Source: Kineococcus radiotolerans SRS30216 = ATCC BAA-149 (GTDB taxonomy: Bacteria > Actinomycetota > Actinomycetes > Actinomycetales > Kineococcaceae). Taken from it: a stretch of 32,000 nucleotides of DNA. The position numbers and the translations under genes were made by a program. Below the pieces are notes generated by a model. It saw only the letters and a list, made by a program, of their open reading frames with translations. It was not told where the DNA came from and made no database searches. Shown piece after piece: positions 9,215-15,880 of this stretch; within the stretch, counting starts at the first letter, position 1; every line of letters starts with the position of its first letter. Location of the stretch: positions 1,380,001 through 1,412,000 of the forward strand of contig NC_009664.2 in the NCBI RefSeq assembly GCF_000017305.1, in the 5' to 3' direction.

Positions 9215-9885
9215 CGGGGCACCGTCACGATCATGCGCAGGGGCGTGGGGTCGAAGTCGTTGCAGGGGTTGTTGACCTGCGGGCAGTTGGAGACGACGAC
9301 GAGGACGTCGACCTCCGCGCGCACCGCGACGCGCTTGCCGGGACCGGAGATCCCGTCGACGATCCCGAGGGCGCCGTCGGCCTCGACGGGGACGTTCATG
9401 AACCAGTTGAGGTTCGAGACGAGGTCGCGGGCGTCGAGGCCGTGGCGGGCGCCCTCGGCGAGGAAGTTCTCCCGGCAGCCGTGCTGGGCGGCGGTGTGGT
9501 GGCCGTAGCGCAGGGTGTTGGACTCCTTGCCGCAGGCGCCGCCGATGGTGTCCTGGCGCTCCACCTCGTTGCCCACGACGGTCATCAGCGGGTTGCCGTG
9601 CTGGCTGCGCAGCACCGTCCCCGTGCGCACGTACGCGTTGCCCTGCCAGGCCAGGGTGTCCGGGACGCTGTAGCGCTCGCTGCGGTCGGCGTCGGCGAAG
9701 ACGAGGCAGTCCGCGGACTGGTTGCCGCCGACGTCGACGATCGTCAGCACGTGACCGGCGCGCACGACCGCCGACCACGGGCCGCGGGCCGCGACGCGGT
9801 CGTCGAGGACGACGTCGCCGTCGACGAGGGGCGAACCCCAGTCCCAGCGGGTGCGGCTCCCCGTCTCCGGTGCGGCGGTCGTCAT
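9211..9885 (-). CDS. Urea carboxylase-associated DUF1989 family protein (CgdA/CgdB-like)
   Basis: 224 aa starting MTTAAPETGSRTRWDWGSPLVDGDVVL, with later segments ...GGNQSADCLVFADADRSERYS... and ...NCPQVNNPCNDF.... The sequence is characteristic of DUF1989 proteins that flank urea carboxylases. ATG at 9885-9883 overlaps the upstream TGA at 9884-9882. Confidence 0.8.
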   Translation of the reverse strand: MTTAAPETGSRTRWDWGSPLVDGDVVLDDRVAARGPWSAVVRAGHVLTIVDVGGNQSADCLVFADADRSERYSVPDTLAWQGNAYVRTGTVLRSQHGNPLMTVVGNEVERQDTIGGACGKESNTLRYGHHTAAQHGCRENFLAEGARHGLDARDLVSNLNWFMNVPVEADGALGIVDGISGPGKRVAVRAEVDVLVVVSNCPQVNNPCNDFDPTPLRMIVTVPR

Positions 9886-10715
9886 CGTGCCTCCAGGTGG
9901 TCGCGGGTGTTCAGGTAGGCGCGGTGCAGTTCCGGGGTGGCGGTGAACCGGGCGTCGCCGGGGCCGGTGGGGGCGCTGCGCCAGGCGTGCACCCGCAGCG
10001 GGCCGACGGTGAACCCCGGGCGCGGGTCCAGCGGGTGCGCGGTGTTCGCGAGGAGGACGACCAGCGGCATCTCCGCGAGCAGGTCCACCGACCGGCCCGG
10101 GCCGGCGGACCCCAACCAGCGGAAACCCCCGTCGGGTTCGACCCGCACGCCCTGGAAGAACGAGACGCTCGGGGCCAGGTCGCGCGGCCCGAGGCCGTGC
10201 TTGCTCGCGGCGAGGGTCAGCAACCCGCGACCGGAGGGGCTCGGGCCCTGCGGGGCCGCGTCGCCGTACCGGCGGACGTTCCAGGCGTCGGAGGTGGTGC
10301 CGCAGAACGCGTCGTGGTGCCCGGAGGAGTCCGCGACGATCGTGGCCAGCACCCGGCCGTCGCCGGAGAGCAGCGGGTGCCCCTCCCCGAGGTAGGCCTG
10401 CCAGGGGATCTTCTGGGTGTCGGCGACGTTCAGCCGTTCCCAGGGGCCGAGCGCGGAGAGCAGCAGGACGTTCGCGCACGCGTCACCGGTGACGTCGGTG
10501 AGGCGCAGCCGGGTCCCGCGGGCCAGGACCCGGGAGGTGTACCCGCCGGGGGCGACGGTCTCGGCCCAGGTGAGGTCGCCCGGGTCGACGTCGTCGGGGG
10601 CGAAGGGGGAGGTGGCGGCGGGCAGGTACGGCATGAACTCCGCCGCGGTGCCGGAACGGGCGCGGGCGTCGCCGCGGGCGGCGAGGACGGTCGAGGTGTC
10701 CCTGTCGGGGTTCAC
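9882..10715 (-). CDS. Urea carboxylase-associated DUF1989 family protein (second paralogue, CgdA/CgdB-like)
   Basis: 277 aa starting VNPDRDTSTVLAARGD, with the segment ...VAPGGYTSRVLARGTRLRLTDVTGDACANVLLLSA.... It is a paralogue of the downstream DUF1989 protein. GTG at 10715-10713 overlaps the permease TGA at 10714-10712. Confidence 0.8.
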   Translation of the reverse strand: MNPDRDTSTVLAARGDARARSGTAAEFMPYLPAATSPFAPDDVDPGDLTWAETVAPGGYTSRVLARGTRLRLTDVTGDACANVLLLSALGPWERLNVADTQKIPWQAYLGEGHPLLSGDGRVLATIVADSSGHHDAFCGTTSDAWNVRRYGDAAPQGPSPSGRGLLTLAASKHGLGPRDLAPSVSFFQGVRVEPDGGFRWLGSAGPGRSVDLLAEMPLVVLLANTAHPLDPRPGFTVGPLRVHAWRSAPTGPGDARFTATPELHRAYLNTRDHLEAR

Positions 10716-12307
10716 GCGGGTTCCTCCACGGGTTCGGGGCGGGCGGGGCCGCCGACCTGCAGGGCTCCCAGGACGATGGGACCGCCGTGGCGGGCCCGGT
10801 TGCGGCGGTGCAGGACGAGCCCGACGAGCACGGTGGCGCCGATGAACAGCAGGGCGCTGAACCGCAGCCACCAGGTGCCGCCGGTGAGGTCGTAGACGGC
10901 GGCGCGCGGCCAGGCCAGGTTGACGACCATGGCGACCTGGTAGACGACCGCGACGGCGTTGACGGCGACGCCCCAGCGGCCGAGGGAGAACAGCGGGCGG
11001 CCGAACTCGTCGACGCCGCCGGGCAGGCCGCCGCGCAGGCGGCGCACCAGCAGCGGCAGCGTCACCCCGAGGTAGGCCAGGTACAGCATGGCGATGCAGA
11101 GGCTGGCCAGGGCGGTGAACACGGCGCTCTGGTGCCAGTTCACGGCCAGCGCGATCGCGGCGCCGACCCCGACGAGGACGGAGGCCCCGACGGGGGTTCC
11201 GGTGCGGACCGAGACCCGGCCCAGGACCCCGGCGAACGGGAACGCCCGCTCCCGCGCCATGGAGTAGACCATCCGGGAACCGGAGGTCTGGACGGCCAGG
11301 GTGCAGACGGCGACGGCGATCGCGACGCACGCCAGCAGCAGCCGGCCGCTGACGTCGCCGAGGCGGGTGGTGAGGACGGAGGCCAGCCCCTGCGAGGCCA
11401 GCGTCCCGTCGGTGAGGCTGGGCGCGGCGATCAGGCCGCCGACGAGGATGAGCGCTCCCCCGATCCCGGAGACGACCAGGGCCCGCAGGATCGTGCGCGG
11501 GGTGGTGGCGCGCGGGGCGCGGGTCTCCTCGGACAGTTCGCCCGCGGAGTCGAAACCCACCATGACGTAGGCGGCCATGAGGGAACTCGCCAGCCACAGC
11601 GAGAGGTAGGGACCCTCGGCCGCACCGGTGGTGGTGGCCACGACGGCGGGACTGCGCTCGGCGTGGCCGAAGAGGGCGATGACGAGGGCGGCGACGCCGA
11701 GGATCTCGATGACGACGCCCGCGGAGGTGAGCAGGGCCATCAGCCGCACGCCGATGACGTTGACGGCGGTGGTGACCACGAGCAGCGCGACGCCGAGGAC
11801 GACGGCGTTCTGCGCCCCGGTCGACGACGTCGGCGAGGGGTCGGCGCCGGGACCGCCGATGACCTGGAAACCCGACCAGATGGAGGGCAGCACGGCCTGC
11901 AGGGCGATGGCGGCGGTGGCGACGGTGAGGACCTGCCCCACGACCATGACCCAGCCGGTGATCCAGCCGACGTCGGTCCCGGCGAGGCGGCTGGACCACT
12001 GGAACACCGCCCCCGAGATGGGGTACCGCGCCGCGAGTTCGGCGAAGCAGAGCGCGACGAGCAGCTGCCCGGCGAACACCGTGGGCCAGGTCCAGAAGAA
12101 CCCCGCTCCCCCGAAGCTGAACCCGAGGCCGAACAGCTGGAAGACCGTCGTGAGGATCGAGACGAAGGAGAAACCGGCGGCGAAGGAGGCGAACGGCCCG
12201 ACGCTGCGGTGCAACTGCTGGCCGTACCCGAACCGGCCGAGGTCGCCGGTCTCGGAGCCGGCGCCCGGGGCGGTCCCGGGGTGGGCGCGTGGTGCGGGAA
12301 CGGTCAT
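10712..12307 (-). CDS. APC superfamily amino acid/polyamine-type permease, first gene of the carboxylase operon
   Basis: 531 aa from ATG at 12307-12305 (MTVPAPRAHPG...), with about 12 predicted TM helices and APC-like motifs (FAELAARYPISGAVFQWSS). The longer track ORF upstream of this ATG is low-complexity sequence. Confidence 0.85.
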   Translation of the reverse strand: MTVPAPRAHPGTAPGAGSETGDLGRFGYGQQLHRSVGPFASFAAGFSFVSILTTVFQLFGLGFSFGGAGFFWTWPTVFAGQLLVALCFAELAARYPISGAVFQWSSRLAGTDVGWITGWVMVVGQVLTVATAAIALQAVLPSIWSGFQVIGGPGADPSPTSSTGAQNAVVLGVALLVVTTAVNVIGVRLMALLTSAGVVIEILGVAALVIALFGHAERSPAVVATTTGAAEGPYLSLWLASSLMAAYVMVGFDSAGELSEETRAPRATTPRTILRALVVSGIGGALILVGGLIAAPSLTDGTLASQGLASVLTTRLGDVSGRLLLACVAIAVAVCTLAVQTSGSRMVYSMARERAFPFAGVLGRVSVRTGTPVGASVLVGVGAAIALAVNWHQSAVFTALASLCIAMLYLAYLGVTLPLLVRRLRGGLPGGVDEFGRPLFSLGRWGVAVNAVAVVYQVAMVVNLAWPRAAVYDLTGGTWWLRFSALLFIGATVLVGLVLHRRNRARHGGPIVLGALQVGGPARPEPVEEPA

Positions 12308-12340
12308 CAGTCGGGCCTTCCGCTCGGTGGTCCCCCGCTC

Positions 12341-12358
12341 ACCTGTCGATCGACAGGT
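12341..12358. promoter_or_regulatory. 18-bp perfect palindrome ACCTGTCGATCGACAGGT, candidate operator (TetR-type) in the operon leader
   Basis: This is an exact inverted repeat read directly from the sequence. It lies 33 nt upstream of the permease ATG. Its length and symmetry fit a homodimeric HTH repressor site. Confidence 0.45.
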
Positions 12359-12383
12359 ACGGGAGGAGTCTGCTGGGAGCGGA

Positions 12384-12410
12384 GTTTCGTGCGTGTTTCG
12401 CGGCGGTGAA
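12384..12410 (-). promoter_or_regulatory. GlnR-box-like array (TTCAC-n6-GAAAC-n6-GAAAC)
   Basis: The minus strand reads TTCAC cgccgc GAAAC acgcac GAAAC. This matches the actinobacterial GlnR a-site/b-site pattern (gTnAc-n6-GaAAc) and the AC-n9-AC spacing. It is the only GAAAC/GTTTC cluster I found in the window. Confidence 0.4.
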
Positions 12411-12434
12411 ACCTGCGTTGCCCGCACCGGCGGG

Positions 12435-12479
12435 GCACGACGGGGGCACGACGGATGCACGACGGGGGCTACGACGGGG
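12435..12479. repeat. Four-copy tandem direct repeat, 11-12 bp period (GCACGACGGgg / GCACGACGGat / GCACGACGGggg / CTACGACGGgg)
   Basis: Read directly from the + strand. The period is about one helical turn. It is intergenic, lying between the ispF stop and the permease operon leader. Confidence 0.8.
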
Positions 12480-12548
12480 CGCGGCGGGCCGGACCCGCGC
12501 GGCCCGGGTCGGGGCCGGCGGGTCAGCCGCGGAGGGCGGGGAGGTGCG

Positions 12549-13028
12549 TCAGCGGGGGACGACGAGCGCGGTGGCGATAGCCGCGATGCCCTCGCCGCGC
12601 CCGGTCAGGCCCAGCGCGTCGGTGGTCGTGCCGGCCACGGAGACGGGTGCGCCGCACGCCCGGCTCAGCGCGGCCTGGGCCTCGGCGCGGCGGCGCCCGA
12701 CCTTGGGCCGGTTGCCGACGACCTGCACGGAGACGTTGCCGATCTCGAAACCGGCCTCGCGCACCAGCCGCGCCGCCTCGGCCAGCAGCCGGGCCCCGGA
12801 GGCCCCGGCGAACTCGGGGCGGGCGGTGCCGAAGTGCGCGCCGAGGTCGCCGAGACCGGCGGCGGCGAAGAGCGCGTCGCAGCAGGCGTGGGCCGCGACG
12901 TCGCCGTCGGAGTGGCCCTCGGGCCCGGCCGCCTCGCCCTCCCAGAGCAGCCCGGCGACCCAGCAGGGGCGACCGGCCACGAGCTGGTGGACGTCGACCC
13001 CGGTCCCCACGCGGGGCAGGCCGCTCAC
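12549..13028 (-). CDS. ispF: 2-C-methyl-D-erythritol 2,4-cyclodiphosphate synthase
   Basis: 159 aa starting [16 protein letters not shown], with motifs ...[15 protein letters not shown]... and ...[17 protein letters not shown].... GTG at 13028-13026 overlaps the ispD TGA at 13027-13025. Confidence 0.92.
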   Translation of the reverse strand: MSGLPRVGTGVDVHQLVAGRPCWVAGLLWEGEAAGPEGHSDGDVAAHACCDALFAAAGLGDLGAHFGTARPEFAGASGARLLAEAARLVREAGFEIGNVSVQVVGNRPKVGRRRAEAQAALSRACGAPVSVAGTTTDALGLTGRGEGIAAIATALVVPR

Positions 13029-13705
13029 GGGGCCCCCTCGGCCAGCAGGGCGCGGGCGAGCACGAGGTCGACGGGGCGGGTGACCTTGAAGGCGTGCTGG
13101 TGGCCGGGGACGACGCGCACGGGGTGCCCGAGGGACTCCAGCAGGCCGGCGTCGTCCGTGGCGGCGGTACCGGGCGCGGCGGCCGCGTGGGCGGCCCGCA
13201 GCGGACCGGCGGCGAAGCCCTGCGGGGTCTGCACCGCGACGAGCTCGCTGCGGTCGACGGTCTCGACGACGGTGTTCCCGGCGACGCGCTTGACGGTGTC
13301 GGAGACGGGCAGCACGGGTACGACGGCGGGTGACCCCGCCCGGACGGCGGCGACGACGCCGGCGAAGACGGCCGGGGGCGTCAGGCAGCGGGCCGCGTCG
13401 TGCACGAGGACGACGTCGACGTCGTCGGGCAGCGCGTCGAGACCGCGCCGCACGGAATCCTGCCGCTCGGCCCCGCCCGGGACGACGACGACACCGGGCA
13501 CCAGGGGCGCGAGCAGGGCGCGGACCTCGTCGCACGCAGCGGTGGGCGCGACCACGACCACGACGTCGATGACGCCGGAGGCCGCGGCGCGCCGCACCGC
13601 GTGCACGAGCAGCGGTTCACCCGCCAGGAGGACGAGGGCCTTGGGGCGGTCCGCCCCGAGGCGATCGCCCCGGCCGGCGGCCGGGACGACGAGCGCGGAC
13701 CTCAG
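13025..13705 (-). CDS. ispD: 2-C-methyl-D-erythritol 4-phosphate cytidylyltransferase; start proposed at CTG 13705
   Basis: The track ORF starts at GTG 13606 (MHAVRR...). The same frame upstream reads [32 protein letters not shown], which is the conserved IspD CTP-binding N-terminus. There is no ATG/GTG/TTG upstream in frame. CTG at 13705-13703 overlaps the carD TGA at 13704-13702. Confidence 0.8.
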   Translation of the reverse strand: MRSALVVPAAGRGDRLGADRPKALVLLAGEPLLVHAVRRAAASGVIDVVVVVAPTAACDEVRALLAPLVPGVVVVPGGAERQDSVRRGLDALPDDVDVVLVHDAARCLTPPAVFAGVVAAVRAGSPAVVPVLPVSDTVKRVAGNTVVETVDRSELVAVQTPQGFAAGPLRAAHAAAAPGTAATDDAGLLESLGHPVRVVPGHQHAFKVTRPVDLVLARALLAEGAP

Positions 13706-14184
13706 GAGGCCAGGACCTCGTCGAGCAGCGACTCGGCCTTGTCCTCGTTGGTGTTCTCCGCCAGCGCGAGCTCGGAGACGAGGATCTGCCGCGCCTTCGC
13801 CAGCATCCGCTTCTCCCCCGCGGACAGGCCGCGGTCCTGGTCGCGGCGCCAGAGGTCGCGCACGACCTCGGCCACCTTGACCACGTCGCCGGAGGCGAGC
13901 TTCTCGAGGTTGGCCTTGTAGCGGCGGGACCAGTTGGTCGGTTCCTCCGCGTAGGGCGTGCGCAGGACCGAGAAGACCCGGTCGAGCCCTTCGCGACCCA
14001 CGACGTCGCGCACGCCGACCAGGTCGACGTTGTCCGCCGGGACCTCGATGGTGAGATCGCCCTGGGCGACCTTCAGCACCAGGTAGAGCTTGTCCTCACC
14101 CTTGATGGTCCGGGTCTTGATCTCTTCGATCAGTGCTGCCCCGTGGTGGGGGTAGACGACCGTTTCGCCAACCGTGAAAGCCAT
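13702..14184 (-). CDS. carD: CarD family RNA polymerase-binding transcriptional regulator
   Basis: 160 aa from ATG 14184 ([39 protein letters not shown]...). This is a near-canonical CarD sequence, the carD-ispD-ispF order matches mycobacteria, and a purine-rich GGGAAAGGGG lies upstream of the ATG. Confidence 0.92.
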   Translation of the reverse strand: MAFTVGETVVYPHHGAALIEEIKTRTIKGEDKLYLVLKVAQGDLTIEVPADNVDLVGVRDVVGREGLDRVFSVLRTPYAEEPTNWSRRYKANLEKLASGDVVKVAEVVRDLWRRDQDRGLSAGEKRMLAKARQILVSELALAENTNEDKAESLLDEVLAS

Positions 14185-14210
14185 AGAGCGTGACCCCTTT
14201 CCCTGACTCC

Positions 14211-14219
14211 AGATTACCA
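14211..14219 (-). promoter_or_regulatory. Candidate extended -10 (TGGTAATCT) for carD
   Basis: The minus strand reads gTGgTAATCT, ending 26 nt upstream of the carD ATG. That leaves a short leader containing the SD-like GGGAAAGGGG. The -35 region is poor (TGTCCA). Confidence 0.3.
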
Positions 14220-14482
14220 CGGCGAACGAGTCGTGGACAGCGTTCGCCGCAGCGTTTGCGCAGGTCAGAGGCTCACGGGGGATCAGCCGGGGCTTGACAG
14301 ACCCCGGATCGCGTGCTGCGCCCCGCCCCGTCCACCCCCGCCGGGGGCGCCCGCGGCGGCGCGTCGCGCGGCCCCTCCCGGGCCCCCGGGCGTGACGGGG
14401 GCGTGATCGGTGCGTGACCGGATCGGGTCCGACCCGGGGAGGTGACGCACCGCTCCACCGCGAGCGCGGCTACGACTGCCGG

Positions 14483-14488
14483 TAGTCT
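14483..14488 (+). promoter_or_regulatory. Candidate -10 hexamer TAGTCT, 6 nt upstream of the lipoprotein GTG (leaderless pattern)
   Basis: The sequence reads TAGTCT-gaccgc-GTG(14495). Confidence 0.35.
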
Positions 14489-14494
14489 GACCGC

Positions 14495-15133
14495 GTGAAG
14501 CTCCGCCTGCGCCGACCCGTCCCCACCGCGCGCCGATCCGCCCTGGCGGTCGTCACCGCCGCCGCCACCCTCGGGCTGGCCGGGTGCTCGGTGTTCTCGC
14601 CCGCCGTGGTGCTCCAGCCCTACCAGCCCAGCGACGGCCTGGGCGGGGCCATCGGGGGCCTGGACCTGCGCAACGTCCTCGTCATCGCCTCCGGCGTCGA
14701 CGAGCCCGGCGTCCTCACCGCCGTGGTGGTCAACGCCAGCGACGAGCCCGCCACGGTCTCGGTGTCGATCGACGTCGACGCCGGCGACCCGGCCGCGCAG
14801 TCGTTCTTCGTCGACGCGCGCACCAGCCTGCGCCTGGGCGACCCCGGCGCGGTGGCCGAGGACGACGCCGCCGACGACGCCGGCCGCGGCAGCCAGCTCG
14901 GCTGGGTGCAGGTCCCGCAGATCCCCGTCTCCCCCGGCGAGACCGTCCCCGTGACGTTCCGCGTCGGCGGCGAGTCCCAGACGATCGAGGCGCCGGTGCA
15001 CCTGCCGTGCTTCGAGTACGCCACGATCACCCCCACCGTCCCGGCCGCGGAGCCGACCGCCGCGGCGACCCCGTCGTCGTCGGTGACGTGCGGGCCCGTC
15101 CCCGGCGAGACCCCCGACGCCGAGCACGAGTGA
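14495..15133 (+). CDS. Putative secreted lipoprotein of unknown function
   Basis: 212 aa. The N-terminus MKLRLRRPVPTARRSALAVVTAAATLGLAGCS has a positive n-region, a hydrophobic core and a LAGC lipobox. GC3 is very high in this frame. The antisense 300-aa ORF (14273-15175) is an Arg/Gly-rich shadow. Confidence 0.75.
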   Translation: MKLRLRRPVPTARRSALAVVTAAATLGLAGCSVFSPAVVLQPYQPSDGLGGAIGGLDLRNVLVIASGVDEPGVLTAVVVNASDEPATVSVSIDVDAGDPAAQSFFVDARTSLRLGDPGAVAEDDAADDAGRGSQLGWVQVPQIPVSPGETVPVTFRVGGESQTIEAPVHLPCFEYATITPTVPAAEPTAAATPSSSVTCGPVPGETPDAEHE

Positions 15134-15149
15134 GGGACCGCTGATGCAC

Positions 15150-15184
15150 GAGGAGGGGGTGGCCCGGCGGGCCACCCCCTCCTC
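15150..15184. terminator. Strong GC hairpin between convergent genes (bidirectional terminator candidate)
   Basis: GAGGAGGGGGTGGCCC (15150-15165) pairs perfectly with GGGCCACCCCCTCCTC (15169-15184) around a 3-nt loop. It lies between the lipoprotein stop (15133) and the regX3 stop (15200). Confidence 0.6.
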
Positions 15185-15199
15185 GCGTCCGGGGCCGGG

Positions 15200-15880
15200 T
15201 CAGCCCTCGAACTTGTACCCCAGCCCGCGCACCGTCACCAGGTGCCGCGGGTTGGCGGGGTCGGGCTCGATCTTCGCCCGCAGCCGTTTCACGTGGACGT
15301 CGAGGGTCTTGGTGTCGCCCACGTAGTCGGAACCCCAGACGCGGTCGATGAGCTGGACCCGGGTCAGCACCCGGCCCGCGTTGCGCAGCAGCAGCTCCAG
15401 CAGCTCGAACTCCTTCAGCGGCAGGGGCACCCGCTCGCCCCGCACGGTCACCACGTGGCGGTCCACGTCCATCCGCACCCCGCCCGCCTCGACCGTCGTC
15501 TGCACGAGGTCCTCGGGCTCGGCCCCGCGCCGCAGCACCGCCCGCACCCGGGCCAGCAGCTCGCGCGAGGAGTACGGCTTGGTGACGTAGTCGTCGGCCC
15601 CGATCTCCAGGCCCACGACCTTGTCGATCTCGGAGTCCTTCGCGGTCAGCATGATGACCGGCACGCTGGAGCGGGTGCGCAGCTGGCGGCAGACCTCCGT
15701 GCCGGGCAGACCCGGCAGCATGAGGTCCAGCAGGACCAGGTCCGCCCCGGCCTTGTCGAACTCCTCCAGCGCCTCGGGGCCGGTCTCGGTCACCGCCACG
15801 TCGTACCCCTCCCGCCGCAGCAGGTAGGACAGCGGGTCGGAGAACGACTCCTCGTCCTCGACCACCAGGATGCGCGTCAC
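15200..15880 (-). CDS. regX3: OmpR/PhoB-family response regulator of the phosphate-responsive system (RegX3 / Streptomyces PhoP type)
   Basis: 226 aa starting VTRILVVEDEESFSDPLSYLLRREGYDVAV, with segments ...DLMLPGLPGTEVCRQLR..., ...TAKDSEIDKVVGLEIGADDYVTKP... and a winged-helix C-terminus. GTG at 15880-15878 overlaps the kinase TGA at 15879-15877. Confidence 0.92.
   Translation of the reverse strand: MTRILVVEDEESFSDPLSYLLRREGYDVAVTETGPEALEEFDKAGADLVLLDLMLPGLPGTEVCRQLRTRSSVPVIMLTAKDSEIDKVVGLEIGADDYVTKPYSSRELLARVRAVLRRGAEPEDLVQTTVEAGGVRMDVDRHVVTVRGERVPLPLKEFELLELLLRNAGRVLTRVQLIDRVWGSDYVGDTKTLDVHVKRLRAKIEPDPANPRHLVTVRGLGYKFEG

Noticed and set aside
12435-12479. The repeated ACGA tetranucleotides in the tandem repeat as mini-ykkC (guanidine-II) loops.
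   Set aside because: The flanks (GGGGC ... CGGGG) are not complementary, so no hairpins form. The ACGA reading is also on the non-transcribed strand relative to the operon.
12308-12548. Guanidine-I/II/III riboswitch in the leader of the urea/guanidine carboxylase operon.
   Set aside because: I read the transcribed (minus) strand base by base. None of the conserved ykkC blocks or ACGR-loop hairpin pairs are present. This is a by-eye judgement, and a covariance-model scan would be decisive.
13025-13606. GTG 13606 as the ispD start (as given in the ORF track).
   Set aside because: It would delete the conserved [12 protein letters not shown] nucleotide-binding N-terminus, which is encoded in frame just upstream.
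13615-13625. A fourth copy of GTTCACCCGCC (PHO-box-like 11-mer).
   Set aside because: It lies inside the ispD coding sequence on the antisense strand (encoding AGEP) with no adjacent second repeat unit. It is probably a coincidence, though it could be re-examined if RegX3 ChIP data exist.
14294-14299. A perfect TTGACA -35 hexamer in the carD/lipoprotein divergent region.
   Set aside because: No TAnnnT-like -10 lies 16-19 bp downstream on that strand. It sits in the loop of a small CCGGGG/CCCCGG hairpin and is likely fortuitous.
14273-15175. 300-aa minus-strand ORF opposite the lipoprotein gene.
   Set aside because: It is an Arg/Gly/Asp-rich shadow frame. The plus-strand frame has a signal peptide, a lipobox and near-uniform G/C third positions.
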